NCBI GenBank assembly: GCA_963765205.1
Contig: CAVXVB010000009.1
Coordinates: 914,590 to 978,589, forward strand
Direction of reading: 5' to 3'
DNA from: an uncultured Verrucomicrobiae bacterium
Lineage (GTDB): Bacteria; Verrucomicrobiota; Verrucomicrobiia; Opitutales; JABDGR01
Length of the DNA: 64,000 bases
Of this stretch, positions 38,704 to 47,911 are shown piece after piece. The stretch's first letter is position 1; each line of letters opens with the position of its first letter. The position numbers and the translations under genes were made by a program. Under the pieces are notes generated by a model. It worked only from the letters and a program-made list of their open reading frames with translations. It did no database searches and was not told the DNA's origin.

Positions 38704-39795
38704 TCAGGCTTTGGCCAGGGCCGCGCTGCCGGGGGTAGTTTCGCGCACTTTTTTGCGCATTTCATCCGGGATTTGCGATTTCTCGATGGCGGTTTCCGCA
38801 GTGATAAGGCCGCGCGCGTAGAGACTCATCAAGTGCGCGTCGAGCGTGATCATGCCCAGGGCGCCGCCCGTCTGGATGTCCGAGGTGATGCGATAGGTCT
38901 TGTTGTCGCGGATGAGGGCGGCAATCGAGTCCGTCGTGATCATGATCTCGTAGCTGGCAATGCGCCCGCCGCCCACTTTTTTGCAGAGCGCCTGGGAAAT
39001 GACGGCGATAATCGACGAGGCCAGTTGCGTGCGGATTTGATCTTTCTGGTTCGCCGGAAATGCATCCACGATGCGGTCCACGGTGCGGGCCGCGCCGGTG
39101 GTGTGCAGCGTCCCGAAGACCAGATGGCCGGTTTCCGCCGCGCTGACGGCTGCCTCAATGGTCGCCAGATCGCGCATTTCCCCGACGAGGATGATATCCG
39201 GGTCCTGGCGCAAGGCCCCGCGAATCGCTTCGGAAAAACTCGGTACGTCCACCCCGACCTCGCGCTGCGTGACAATGCACTTCTTGTGATTGTGAAAATA
39301 CTCGATGGGGTCCTCGACCGTGATGATGTGGCCTTCCTCGTTCTCGTTGATCCAGTTGACCATCGAAGCCAGCGTCGTGGACTTGCCCGACCCGGTCGGC
39401 CCGGTAACAAGGATGAGGCCGCGTGGGCGCACCAGCAATTCCTTGATGCGGTCGGGCAACCCCAGCTCGCGCATCGCAAACATCTTGTAGGGAATGAGGC
39501 GCAAAACCATGCCGTAGTTCCCTTTGGCCTTGAGCACCGACACACGGAAGCGCGCCTTGTCCATGAACGCAAAGGCAAAGTCCGCCGAGCCGACCTGCTT
39601 GGCCTTTTGCTGGTGGTGGTCGGAGGCGATGGCGCGCATGAGTTGCTCGGTATCCTCCGGGGTCAACTTCGGGCCGTCCACCGGCGACATGCCGCCCGAC
39701 AGGCGCAACGTGGGCGCCTGGCCCACCTGCAGGTGAAGGTCCGAGGCACCCTCGTCCACCATCAGGTTCAACAGGTCGTTCATTTCGTAGCTCAT
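38704..39795 (-). CDS. pilT: Twitching-motility retraction ATPase PilT
   Basis: 363-aa ORF: ...[19 protein letters not shown]..., Walker [42 protein letters not shown]. Confidence 0.9.
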   Translation of the reverse strand: MSYEMNDLLNLMVDEGASDLHLQVGQAPTLRLSGGMSPVDGPKLTPEDTEQLMRAIASDHHQQKAKQVGSADFAFAFMDKARFRVSVLKAKGNYGMVLRLIPYKMFAMRELGLPDRIKELLVRPRGLILVTGPTGSGKSTTLASMVNWINENEEGHIITVEDPIEYFHNHKKCIVTQREVGVDVPSFSEAIRGALRQDPDIILVGEMRDLATIEAAVSAAETGHLVFGTLHTTGAARTVDRIVDAFPANQKDQIRTQLASSIIAVISQALCKKVGGGRIASYEIMITTDSIAALIRDNKTYRITSDIQTGGALGMITLDAHLMSLYARGLITAETAIEKSQIPDEMRKKVRETTPGSAALAKA

Positions 39796-39805
39796 GGCGC
39801 AATCT

Positions 39806-39940
39806 CGCGGAAGTGTTCCGGTGCTTGGGGTTTTAGGGCGTGGGTCCGGGCTGCTCGTTAATCAACGTTTTGCTGGGATTGACGATGTAGGGTCTAAAAT
39901 AACTAAGGACGAAAACACCAAGCACTAAAACACTTGCGGC
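39806..39940. repeat. Imperfect inverted repeat bracketing the pilB-pilT intergenic spacer
   Basis: The arms are cgcggaagtgttccggtgcttggggtttt (39806-39834) and aaaacaccaagcactaaaacacttgcggc (39912-39940). They share complementary blocks aagtgtt, gtgcttgg and gtttt. Confidence 0.5.
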
Positions 39941-39941
39941 G

Positions 39942-41645
39942 TTAAGCCATCGTGGCCGAAATAACTTCGTCCACCGTGGTCATGCCGCTGGTGATTTTGC
40001 GGATGCCATCCTCGCGCATGTTGCGCATGCCCAGTTCGCGTGCTTTCTGGCGCAGTTGGACAAGGTTGGCGTTATCATAAATCATGGCTTGGACTTCCTG
40101 GTTGATCACGAAAAGCTCAAAGAGGCCCATGCGGCCGCGAAAGCCGATGCCTAGGCAGCGCTGGCAGCCTTCGCCTTTCATGAAGGTGGCCTGCGCGGCC
40201 TGCGCCTCCGTCAAGCCAATGCTGAATAATTCCCGCTGTTCCGGGACGTAAGGCTTCTTACACCCCGAGCATACCCGGCGCACCAGGCGCTGGGCCATGG
40301 CCGCACGCAAAGAGGCCGACACCAGGAAGGGCTTGACCCCAATATCCACCAGGCGCGTCACCGCGCTGGCGGAGTCGTTGGTGTGGAGGGTCGAGAAGAC
40401 CATGTGCCCCGTCAGAGAAGCGTTGATCGAGATTTCGGCGGTTTCCAAGTCGCGAATTTCCCCAATCATGATGATGTTGGGGGCCTGACGGAGCATAGCA
40501 CGCAGGGCGCGGGAGAAAGTCATTTCCACGTCGCGGCGCACCTGCACCTGGTTGATGCCCGTCATTTGGTATTCCACCGGATCCTCAACCGTGATGATCT
40601 TGCGGTCCGGGTGGTTGATGTAATTGAGCGCCGAATACAACGTCGTGGATTTGCCCGAGCCCGTCGGCCCCGTCACTAGGAAGATGCCGTCGGCCATGGT
40701 GACGATGCGCTCGAACACCGACTGGTCGTCCGAGAAAAAGCCCAGTTCCGGCAGGCCCAGCTTGAGGCCTTCCTTGTCCAAAATTCGCATGACGATGCTT
40801 TCGCCGTAAACCGTCGGCAGCACCGACACGCGCAAGTCCACTTCCTTCCCGGCCACCTTAACTTGGATGCGCCCGTCCTGCGGGATGCGCTTCTCGGCCA
40901 GGCTGACATTGGCCATCAGCTTGAGGCGCGACGTGATGGTCGGCTGCAAACGCTTGGGCGGATTCTCGATTTCGAGCAAGACGCCGTCAATGCGGTAGCG
41001 GATGCGAAAGCGTTTTTCGAGCGGCTCCAAATGGATGTCCGAGGCGCGCCGTTTAATGGCCTCTGAAATAAGCATCGTCACGTATTTGATGATCGGTGCG
41101 TCTGCTTCCTTCTCCACCGAGGCGGCCTCCACCTTGGCTTTTTCCTCGGCAGCAATTTCGCCCTCGAACAAGTCCCCGTAGTGCGAGCCGGCGGGGGTCT
41201 CGTAATATTGGGCGATGGCGTCGTCTATTTCCTTCGTAGTGGTCAGGTAGGCGTTGATCGTGATGTTGAACATCTTGCTCAGGCTGTCCGTAGCGTCCAC
41301 GTTCAACGGGTCGCAAATGGCCAGGTTGAGCTGGCTGCCATATTGCTCCATCGGAAACACCTTGTAGCGCACGGCCAGGTCGCGGTTGATCATGCGCAGC
41401 AATTCCGGTGGGGGGCTGACATCGGACAGGTGCGCCACTTCCATGTTGAACTCCTTGGCCAAGGTCTCCAACACCTTGTCGGCGCTGAACACACCGGCCT
41501 GCACGAGGACGTTGATCGTGGCCGAATCAACCTGTGCCGGCGGGGTGTCGGGCCGCACTTGTGCGCGGGCCGACGCCACGGCATCGGCCGTGGCGAGACC
41601 CTTGTCCTGAATCAATTGGATTACGAAGTCGTCGGCTGAGGTCAC
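39942..41645 (-). CDS. pilB: Type IV pilus extension ATPase PilB (GspE family)
   Basis: 567-aa ORF with a GTG start at 41645. N-terminal T2SSE_N-like domain, Walker [11 protein letters not shown], and CSGC...CQRC tetracysteine. Confidence 0.85.
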   Translation of the reverse strand: MTSADDFVIQLIQDKGLATADAVASARAQVRPDTPPAQVDSATINVLVQAGVFSADKVLETLAKEFNMEVAHLSDVSPPPELLRMINRDLAVRYKVFPMEQYGSQLNLAICDPLNVDATDSLSKMFNITINAYLTTTKEIDDAIAQYYETPAGSHYGDLFEGEIAAEEKAKVEAASVEKEADAPIIKYVTMLISEAIKRRASDIHLEPLEKRFRIRYRIDGVLLEIENPPKRLQPTITSRLKLMANVSLAEKRIPQDGRIQVKVAGKEVDLRVSVLPTVYGESIVMRILDKEGLKLGLPELGFFSDDQSVFERIVTMADGIFLVTGPTGSGKSTTLYSALNYINHPDRKIITVEDPVEYQMTGINQVQVRRDVEMTFSRALRAMLRQAPNIIMIGEIRDLETAEISINASLTGHMVFSTLHTNDSASAVTRLVDIGVKPFLVSASLRAAMAQRLVRRVCSGCKKPYVPEQRELFSIGLTEAQAAQATFMKGEGCQRCLGIGFRGRMGLFELFVINQEVQAMIYDNANLVQLRQKARELGMRNMREDGIRKITSGMTTVDEVISATMA

Positions 41646-41693
41646 GCGGTAAACGCCGCAAAGGGGCTGATTGGGGGTTTGGGGAGGAAGGTT

Positions 41694-43814
41694 CTAGCGG
41701 TTGATGCCGAGCAGGAACTCCGCGTTGGTTTTGGTTTTCTTCACGCGGGTGATCAGCATCTCCATCGCTTCGGTTGAAGGTATACCTTTCATGGCGCGAC
41801 GCAACGAATAAATTTTTTGCAGCTCGTCTTTGTGGTAGAGCAGTTCTTCCTTGCGCGTGCCGCTCTTCTCGAAATTGAGGGCCGGGAAGGTGCGCTTGTC
41901 GGACAAGGCGCGGTCCAGATGCAGCTCCATGTTGCCGGTGCCTTTGAACTCCTCGAAGATGACCTCATCCATCTTGCTGCCCGTCTCGATGAGCGCGGTG
42001 GCGAGGATGGTGAGGCTGCCGGCGCCTTCGATGTTGCGGGCCGAACCGAAGAAGCGTTTGGGCTTTTGCAGTGCGCTGGCTTCGACGCCGCCGGAGAGGA
42101 TTTTGCCGCTGCTGGGCATCATCGTATTGTAGGCCCGGGCCAGGCGCGTAATCGAGTCGAGCAGGATGATGACATGCCGGCCATATTCGATCATGCGCCG
42201 CGCTTTCTCGATCACCATCTCCGCGGCATGCACATGGCTCTCCGCCGCTTCGTCAAAGGTCGAGGAGATGACCTCCGCGCCATCCACCGTGCGGCGGAAA
42301 TCGGTGACTTCCTCAGGCCGCTCGTCCACGAGCAGAATAATCATATGCACGTCGGGCCGGTTGGCGCGGATGGCGTTGGCGATGCCTTGCATAAGCACCG
42401 TCTTGCCCGTGCGCGGCGCGGCTACAATCAACCCGCGTTGGCCGAGGCCTACTGGAGTGAGCAGGTCCACGATGCGCATGGAATTGTTGTCCCATTTCGC
42501 CTCGGGCTTGGTCTCCATCAAAAACCGGTCCGTGGGATAATACGGCGTCAGGTCCGTGAAGGGGATGATGTGCGCCACGTCCTCCGGCGGGCGGCCGTTG
42601 ACGCTGATGACCCGCAGCGCGAACGGGCAGCTTTCATTCTCGCGCGGCGGATTAGCCCAGACTTCCACCTCGTGCCCGCGGCGCAAGCCCCAGCGCTCAA
42701 TCAGCCGTTGCGGCATGAAACAGCTTAATCCCCGCAGGCGGAAATTATCCACCGAGTAGGCCAGGATGCCGTGCTCTTCGTCAAGTATATCAAGAATACC
42801 GGTGATGCGGATGGGTCGTTCCTTGGCGCGGGCATCCTTGAGCAAATCGCGGATGAGTTGCCGGCGCAGCGGCACGGGGGGAATCGCCAGCCCGGCGGCA
42901 CGCGCCAAGGCCTCGAGTTCAGGCAGCATCAGCGGGTAAATCTCATTGAAGTCCAACGGTTCGCCACCGGCGGCGGAAGCCTCCTGGGCCATCCGGTCAA
43001 TTTCCTCGATCTGCCGCAACGACTCCCAACCCGGCAATTCGCCCAGTTGGAGGCTGCCGGAGTCAATGTCCTGGCCACGCCGGGGCTGGCCGTAACTTTT
43101 GGGCTTGAAGGAGGAAACCGGCGGCTTGCTCGGAGGATTATGGGGTGGGTTGTGGGGCGCATTGTAGCCCCCGCCGCCACCCCCGCCGCCTTGCGGTGGA
43201 TACTGTTTCCCAAATTTTCCTTTTTTGAAATCCCGGTTGTATTTGTCCTGCTTCCACGGTTTCTTTTCCCAGGGGCGTCCACCCCCGCCGCCGCCACCGT
43301 AGCCATAATTACGGTCGCCGCGATAACCTTGTGGCGGCGGGCCATTGGGGCGCGGCGGTTGGCCGTCGCCATCTGTCCGCGCAGGGGGTGGACTATCCGT
43401 TCCCACCGGGCTGGCGTCAGGTTTGCTCTCTTCCTGAATAACAGGCGGCGGCGCTTCCACGCGGGGTGTTGGCTCGCGCAGATCCTCGTCTGATGTGCTA
43501 AAGACTTCCGGCGCCGGCTCCGACGGGCGCCGCTCGGGCGCGGGAGCTTCTACCACCGGTTGTTCGGATTGCTCCCGCCGCCACCGGGTCGCCCGGCCGG
43601 TGTCCACAGAGGCTTCCGCCATCGGCACAGCCGATTGCTCCGGCGTCGCTGTTTTGCCGCGCCTTCCGCGCTTGACCGGCTTGGTCGAGGAGGAGGACGA
43701 AGCATCCGACTCCTCGGCCCCAGCGGGCACGGGTTTGCTTAAACTGGCGGGTTTGGGGCGGCGTCCACGCCGCTTCGGCGCAGAATCAGTGGAACGGTCA
43801 TCCGAATCACTCAT
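41694..43814 (-). CDS. rho: Transcription termination factor Rho with a low-complexity N-terminal extension of about 287 aa
   Basis: ORF 41694..43892 trimmed to ATG 43814 ([19 protein letters not shown]...). The canonical Rho core runs from about [23 protein letters not shown] through [16 protein letters not shown]...[13 protein letters not shown]...SGKILSGG. The extension contains poly-Gly runs and Pro/Arg-rich sequence. Confidence 0.9.
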   Translation of the reverse strand: MSDSDDRSTDSAPKRRGRRPKPASLSKPVPAGAEESDASSSSSTKPVKRGRRGKTATPEQSAVPMAEASVDTGRATRWRREQSEQPVVEAPAPERRPSEPAPEVFSTSDEDLREPTPRVEAPPPVIQEESKPDASPVGTDSPPPARTDGDGQPPRPNGPPPQGYRGDRNYGYGGGGGGGRPWEKKPWKQDKYNRDFKKGKFGKQYPPQGGGGGGGGYNAPHNPPHNPPSKPPVSSFKPKSYGQPRRGQDIDSGSLQLGELPGWESLRQIEEIDRMAQEASAAGGEPLDFNEIYPLMLPELEALARAAGLAIPPVPLRRQLIRDLLKDARAKERPIRITGILDILDEEHGILAYSVDNFRLRGLSCFMPQRLIERWGLRRGHEVEVWANPPRENESCPFALRVISVNGRPPEDVAHIIPFTDLTPYYPTDRFLMETKPEAKWDNNSMRIVDLLTPVGLGQRGLIVAAPRTGKTVLMQGIANAIRANRPDVHMIILLVDERPEEVTDFRRTVDGAEVISSTFDEAAESHVHAAEMVIEKARRMIEYGRHVIILLDSITRLARAYNTMMPSSGKILSGGVEASALQKPKRFFGSARNIEGAGSLTILATALIETGSKMDEVIFEEFKGTGNMELHLDRALSDKRTFPALNFEKSGTRKEELLYHKDELQKIYSLRRAMKGIPSTEAMEMLITRVKKTKTNAEFLLGINR

Positions 43815-43929
43815 AGGTATAAAAATGGGAAAGGCGGGCGCGAGCAGCGCCGCAGGGTACGGGTGAGCAGACTCCCAACGAGAGGGAGCCAAGGGTCAAT
43901 CGTTAAAATCAAACAAAATTTTCAAAAAT

Positions 43930-44748
43930 TTAATGTTCCCGCGCGGCGGTTGGAGGAGAAAGAAGGGTTGCGGGGGCGGGAGCGCGAAGTTGGCTGGCGA
44001 AATGAACAATCTGGCGGCGCAGAAAATCCACTGAGCCATCATTGAACGCCACCCAGTCGGCTCGTTCAATCTTATCCCGCAACGGCCATTGGCGGGCCTG
44101 CCGCGCGGCGACCTCCGCCGGGGCCAGCCCGCGCGCCGCCAGGCGGCTGGCCTGAAGCGTTGGGCTAGAGGCTATACAAAGCGTATAATCGAACTCGGAC
44201 GCAAGGCTTTTTTCAAAGAGCAGAGGGATTTCGACCACCCAGTCCTGGCCGGGGTCGGCGGCCACCGCCGCCTGCCAGCGCGCCCGCACCCGCGGATGCA
44301 ACAGCGTTTCGAGCCAGTCCAACTCCGCCGGGTCGGCGAAAACAATCTCCGCCACCTTGCGGCGGGAAATACGCAAGGATGAAGGATGAGGGATGAGGGA
44401 TGAAGGGGTTGCCGGTTGCAAGTTGCAGGATACAGGTTGTTCTGCGGGAGAGTCAGGTTGTTCTCCGGACGCCTCCGGTTGTTTTTTGTGTGCTTTCTGG
44501 CTGGCCGGTTCTTGGTCTTCATTTTCCATTTTCCATTTTCCATCTTCCATTATTTTACTCCCCCACCGCTTGAACACCGCCTGCTGCACTTCCCCATCCG
44601 TCTCCCAAAGCTCATGCACGATGACATCACTTTCGAGCACGCCGAAACCCAGCTCGCGGAAGATTCCCGCCGCGGTGCTCTTGCCGCAGCCCATGCCCCC
44701 GGTCAGCCCGAGGCGCAGACCGCGGTTTGATTTTGGCAAAGTGGACAT
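43930..44748 (-). CDS. coaE: Dephospho-CoA kinase with a 55-aa in-frame low-complexity insertion
   Basis: 272-aa ORF. P-loop LTGGMGCGKST, RRKVAEIVFADPAELDWLETLLHPRV, VVEIPLLFE. The insertion spans codons 71-125 (44374-44538). Confidence 0.8.
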   Translation of the reverse strand: MSTLPKSNRGLRLGLTGGMGCGKSTAAGIFRELGFGVLESDVIVHELWETDGEVQQAVFKRWGSKIMEDGKWKMENEDQEPASQKAHKKQPEASGEQPDSPAEQPVSCNLQPATPSSLIPHPSSLRISRRKVAEIVFADPAELDWLETLLHPRVRARWQAAVAADPGQDWVVEIPLLFEKSLASEFDYTLCIASSPTLQASRLAARGLAPAEVAARQARQWPLRDKIERADWVAFNDGSVDFLRRQIVHFASQLRAPAPATLLSPPTAAREH

Positions 44749-44946
44749 GGGGAATTTTCCGGGTTTTTCGCTTCTGGCTAGTTCCTAGCGGCAAACCGCC
44801 TCCCAGCACAATCTTAGAAAAATCCTCCGGGGTTCGTCATTGACATTTTCCGTCCTCCCGCCAGCATAGACCGTTTCTCGCCAATCTCCAGTGCGCTTTG
44901 GACAACCCAGTGCCTTAGTGCCTCCGTCCCTCAGACCCTTCTTCCC

Positions 44947-45504
44947 ATGCCCGTCGTCGCCCACATCCGCAAGAAAAACGTCATCAGCTACAATGGCGAG
45001 CCGTGCCTCGTCGTGGATCACGCCATCCGCACGCCGCCGAATATGCGCTCGTTCTGCCAGATGACCCTGCGCAACATCCGCACGGGCAAGGTCACGCCCC
45101 TGCGCGTGAACGTCGGCGAGTCCTACGAAATCCTCTCGACCGACGTGCGCAAGCTCGAATACTCCTACACCGACGGCGACTTCTTCACCTTCATGGACCC
45201 GCAGACCTTCGAAGAAATCAACCTCAGCAAGGAAGTTCTGGGCGACGCCCTCCAGTATCTCGTGCCCAGCTCGTCCTACGATGTGCTCTTTGTGGACGGC
45301 AAGCCGCTGACGGTGAACCTCGGCGCGTCCGTGACGATGAAAGTCACCGATGCCCCGGAAGGCATCCGCGGCGACACCTCGGGCAACGTGCAAAAGCCCT
45401 GCACGGTCGAGACCGGCATGACCGTCCGCGTCCCCCTTTTCGTCAAAACCGGCGACATTATTAAAGTCAGCACGGAGGACGGAAGTTATTTGGGAAGGGC
45501 GTGA
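44947..45504 (+). CDS. efp: Elongation factor P family protein with a non-canonical tip loop
   Basis: 185-aa ORF: ...ISYNGEPCLVVDHAIRTPPNMRSFCQMTLRNIRTGK...YSYTDGDFFTFMD...IRGDTSGNVQKPCTVETGMTVRVPLFVKTGDIIKVSTEDGSYLGRA. Confidence 0.85.
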   Translation: MPVVAHIRKKNVISYNGEPCLVVDHAIRTPPNMRSFCQMTLRNIRTGKVTPLRVNVGESYEILSTDVRKLEYSYTDGDFFTFMDPQTFEEINLSKEVLGDALQYLVPSSSYDVLFVDGKPLTVNLGASVTMKVTDAPEGIRGDTSGNVQKPCTVETGMTVRVPLFVKTGDIIKVSTEDGSYLGRA

Positions 45505-45571
45505 ACAGGCTTTCCGTCCTGAGTGGGAAATGGGCAACACAACCTGACCCATTTTTGCCCATAAAATTAGA

Positions 45572-45599
45572 CGGAAGTATGTAGATAACGCAAATGGGT
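45572..45599. repeat. Left terminal inverted repeat of the IS1595-family element
   Basis: cggaagtatgtagataacgcaaatgggt is the exact reverse complement of 47884-47911. Confidence 0.85.
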
Positions 45600-45600
45600 T

Positions 45601-46026
45601 CTAGTTCGCCCCTTTTTTTGACAACTTTTCAGCCTTAATATGCTCCGCAAAAGCCAACATATCATCTGGCAAAATCTTTTCGTCTAACCTACCTATCGGC
45701 GATGCCGCATAAACAGCATACATCGCCTGAATCATAAAACCCGAAAGCATCCCTTGACCCTTACCAATAACCGTCCCGGCAGACCCTTTATTCAACTCCC
45801 GCTTATTTACCATAAAAAAATTGAAAGCAGCCAAGACCCTCCTGGGGCTTTCTGTATGATACAATGACGACTTGCACCTCTCCTGAAAATACAAAGCCGC
45901 TCGTTCAGCAAATTCGTCTGGCATGGCGTGCTCTACCATTTTCAATAAGGCCGCAAAATCGGCCTCAAAATCTTTCAGTGGATAACGCTGCATTGCAGCG
46001 GCTAAGTCGGTTTGTGGAGCATTCAT
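45601..46026 (-). CDS. Hypothetical protein (IS passenger), 141 aa
   Basis: ORF 45601..46122 trimmed to ATG 46026 (MNAPQTDLAAAMQRYPLKDFEADFAALLKMVEH...). No family recognised. The stop lies 2 nt from the left IR. Confidence 0.4.
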   Translation of the reverse strand: MNAPQTDLAAAMQRYPLKDFEADFAALLKMVEHAMPDEFAERAALYFQERCKSSLYHTESPRRVLAAFNFFMVNKRELNKGSAGTVIGKGQGMLSGFMIQAMYAVYAASPIGRLDEKILPDDMLAFAEHIKAEKLSKKGAN

Positions 46027-46150
46027 GCGCTGGGAGGCTGGACATCTCACCCTATGGGCATCTGGGAGGCAATGCCGATTTGTGCGCCAAATTGTCCCGG
46101 CCTTATCGCATCCACAAGCCAAAAAAATTGAAAAATCTTCATTCTAGCCC

Positions 46151-46179
46151 TTGACAAAAGCCTTTGCGTCAAGTATCAT
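46151..46179 (+). promoter_or_regulatory. Sigma-70-like promoter for the transposase
   Basis: TTGACA (46151-46156), a 17-nt spacer, then TATCAT (46174-46179). The predicted transcript start falls at or next to ATG 46187, so the mRNA may be leaderless. Confidence 0.5.
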
Positions 46180-46186
46180 GTTGATA

Positions 46187-47140
46187 ATGAAAACAAGCAA
46201 CTATCACCCGGAGTTAGAACGCACGCCCCTTGTGGGGGATTTGCTGCCCAAGGCTTGCGCTGATGAGACGGCAGCGGTCGAGCTAATGGAGGCGCAACGC
46301 TGGGGCGCAACCCCACGCTGCCCGCATTGCGAGGACAAGAACGTCTATAAGATGACGAACCGTGACGGCACGCGCAACCGCCGCTATCTGTGGCGCTGCC
46401 GGGCTTGCGGCGAGCAATACACCGTTCGCATCGGCTCTGTTTATGAGGATTCCCGCCTGCCCCTGAAACACTGGTGCTTTGCCTTCTGGCGTATCTGTGC
46501 GTCAAAGAAGGGCGTCAGCGCCCGCGAGATTCAACGGCATTGCCAGATTAGCTATAAGTCCGCCCTTTTCCTCATGCACCGCATACGGTTCGCCATGACG
46601 CCGGAATCCGCGCCCTTGCTAAAGGGCAAAGTCGAGTGCGACGAAACCTACATCGGCGGCAGGCCCCGCGCTGGCACTGGTTATCACAAGCGCGGGCGCG
46701 GCACAAGCAAGACCCCGGTGTTTGCCATGGTTGAACGCGACGGCAACATTCACCGCCGGGTTGTGGCCGACGTGACGGGGCGCACGCTCAAAAGCGCAAT
46801 CCGCCAGTGTGTCGAGCAGAAGTCCAAGATTATCACGGATGAATTTCCGAGCTATCGCGGCATCGGCAAGAGCTTCACAGGCGGACACGCCACGGTAAAC
46901 CACGGTGAGGGTGAATATGTCCGGGGCGATGCCAACACCAACACGGCGGAATCCTCGTTCGCTATTTTGAAGCGTGGCATTACGGGCATCTACCATGCCG
47001 TCAGCAAAGAGCATCTTCACCGCTATGTTTCCGAGTTTGATTTCCGCTGGAATACGCGCAAGATGAGTGACGGCCAACGCACCGCCCTTGCGATGCAGAG
47101 CGCGGAAGGCAAGCGGCTAACTTACGAAAGGGTGGCATAA
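46187..47140 (+). CDS. IS1595-family (ISXO2-like) DDE transposase with N-terminal zinc ribbon
   Basis: Track ORF 46151..47140. CPHCEDKNVYKM...WRCRACGEQYTVRIGSVYEDSRLPLKHW is a zinc ribbon plus HTH. ...VECDETYIGG...PVFAMVERDG...IITDEFPSYRGIG...HATVNHGEGEYVRGDANTNTAESSFAILKRGITGIYHAVSKEHLHRYVSEFDFRWN is the ISXO2-like domain. The start is either ATG 46187 or ATG 46178. Confidence 0.85.
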   Translation: MKTSNYHPELERTPLVGDLLPKACADETAAVELMEAQRWGATPRCPHCEDKNVYKMTNRDGTRNRRYLWRCRACGEQYTVRIGSVYEDSRLPLKHWCFAFWRICASKKGVSAREIQRHCQISYKSALFLMHRIRFAMTPESAPLLKGKVECDETYIGGRPRAGTGYHKRGRGTSKTPVFAMVERDGNIHRRVVADVTGRTLKSAIRQCVEQKSKIITDEFPSYRGIGKSFTGGHATVNHGEGEYVRGDANTNTAESSFAILKRGITGIYHAVSKEHLHRYVSEFDFRWNTRKMSDGQRTALAMQSAEGKRLTYERVA

Positions 47141-47243
47141 ATGACCCCGGAAATTCACGATGAAATCCGGCAACTTTGGACAGGTCTAATCCTTAACGGG
47201 TTCGTCAATCTCCTGCTTTGGGTTTGGATAAGCCGATTGATGA

Positions 47244-47651
47244 CTAAGATGCGTGCATTGCAATCTGCCATAACAGCACCGCGGGGGCAACGATAGCCGC
47301 AATCCATTTAATTGCCCTTTCCAATGTCCAAACATTATCAGCCTTTATCTTTTCCGCAGCAGCGAATTTTTCCGTCTGAATTTGCCGCTTCATTTCCAAC
47401 AAAGCTATATATCCCCTTTCACTCGGCCAACCATGAAAATCCTTCATGTCTTGGGTTAAGTTACCATCAATCAAATGATGCACTTTCATAAAGTTCACGG
47501 CGGGGTCAATTTGCTCGCCTTTCAGACTATATTTCTCCATCACTTCACCCAAAATCACACTTAACAACTTACGCTTTAGCTTATCCGGTTCGCGGTATCC
47601 TTCGGCCTCTAACGCCTCAAGAATCCTAAATGCAATTTCGTCGGTTTCCAT
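47244..47651 (-). CDS. Hypothetical protein (IS passenger) with C-terminal TM helix, 135 aa
   Basis: ORF 47244..47687 trimmed to ATG 47651 (METDEIAFRILEALEAEGYREPDKLKRK...AIKWIAAIVAPAVLLWQIAM). No family recognised. Confidence 0.4.
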   Translation of the reverse strand: METDEIAFRILEALEAEGYREPDKLKRKLLSVILGEVMEKYSLKGEQIDPAVNFMKVHHLIDGNLTQDMKDFHGWPSERGYIALLEMKRQIQTEKFAAAEKIKADNVWTLERAIKWIAAIVAPAVLLWQIAMHAS

Positions 47652-47883
47652 GCGCCAATTCTTTATGAAAAACCCGCCATCTTCCACAACCCCTAAAACC
47701 GCGCCGCAAACGGTTCATAAGCTATCGTCCGGGCCTAAGCCGGAGACGATGAAGCTCAATATGCCTTGGCAACAGGCCATCAAACAGTCTTTCGACAAGC
47801 CCAGACCGCCTGGAGGCTGGCCGAAACCCCCCAGCAATTAACCCCTTAATTCCGGGCCATTCAGGCCCTTTCCGCTCAATTCC

Positions 47884-47911
47884 ACCCATTTGCGTTATCT
47901 ACATACTTCCG
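47884..47911. repeat. Right terminal inverted repeat of the IS1595-family element
   Basis: acccatttgcgttatctacatacttccg is the exact reverse complement of 45572-45599. Confidence 0.85.

Larger units (their letters stand above)
45572..47911. mobile_element. IS1595-family insertion element (2340 bp) carrying passenger ORFs
   Basis: Perfect 28-bp terminal inverted repeats (45572-45599 and 47884-47911). They are flanked by an 8-bp direct repeat aaattaga (45564-45571 and 47912-47919). The internal ISXO2-like transposase gene and the interior both look visibly less GC-rich than the flanks. Confidence 0.8.

Noticed and set aside
44374-44551. Tandem heptamers (and those at 49358-49493) as a possible CRISPR array
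   Set aside because: The repeat units are only 7-8 nt and directly adjacent, with no spacers. One set lies inside a coding sequence in frame. This is not CRISPR architecture.
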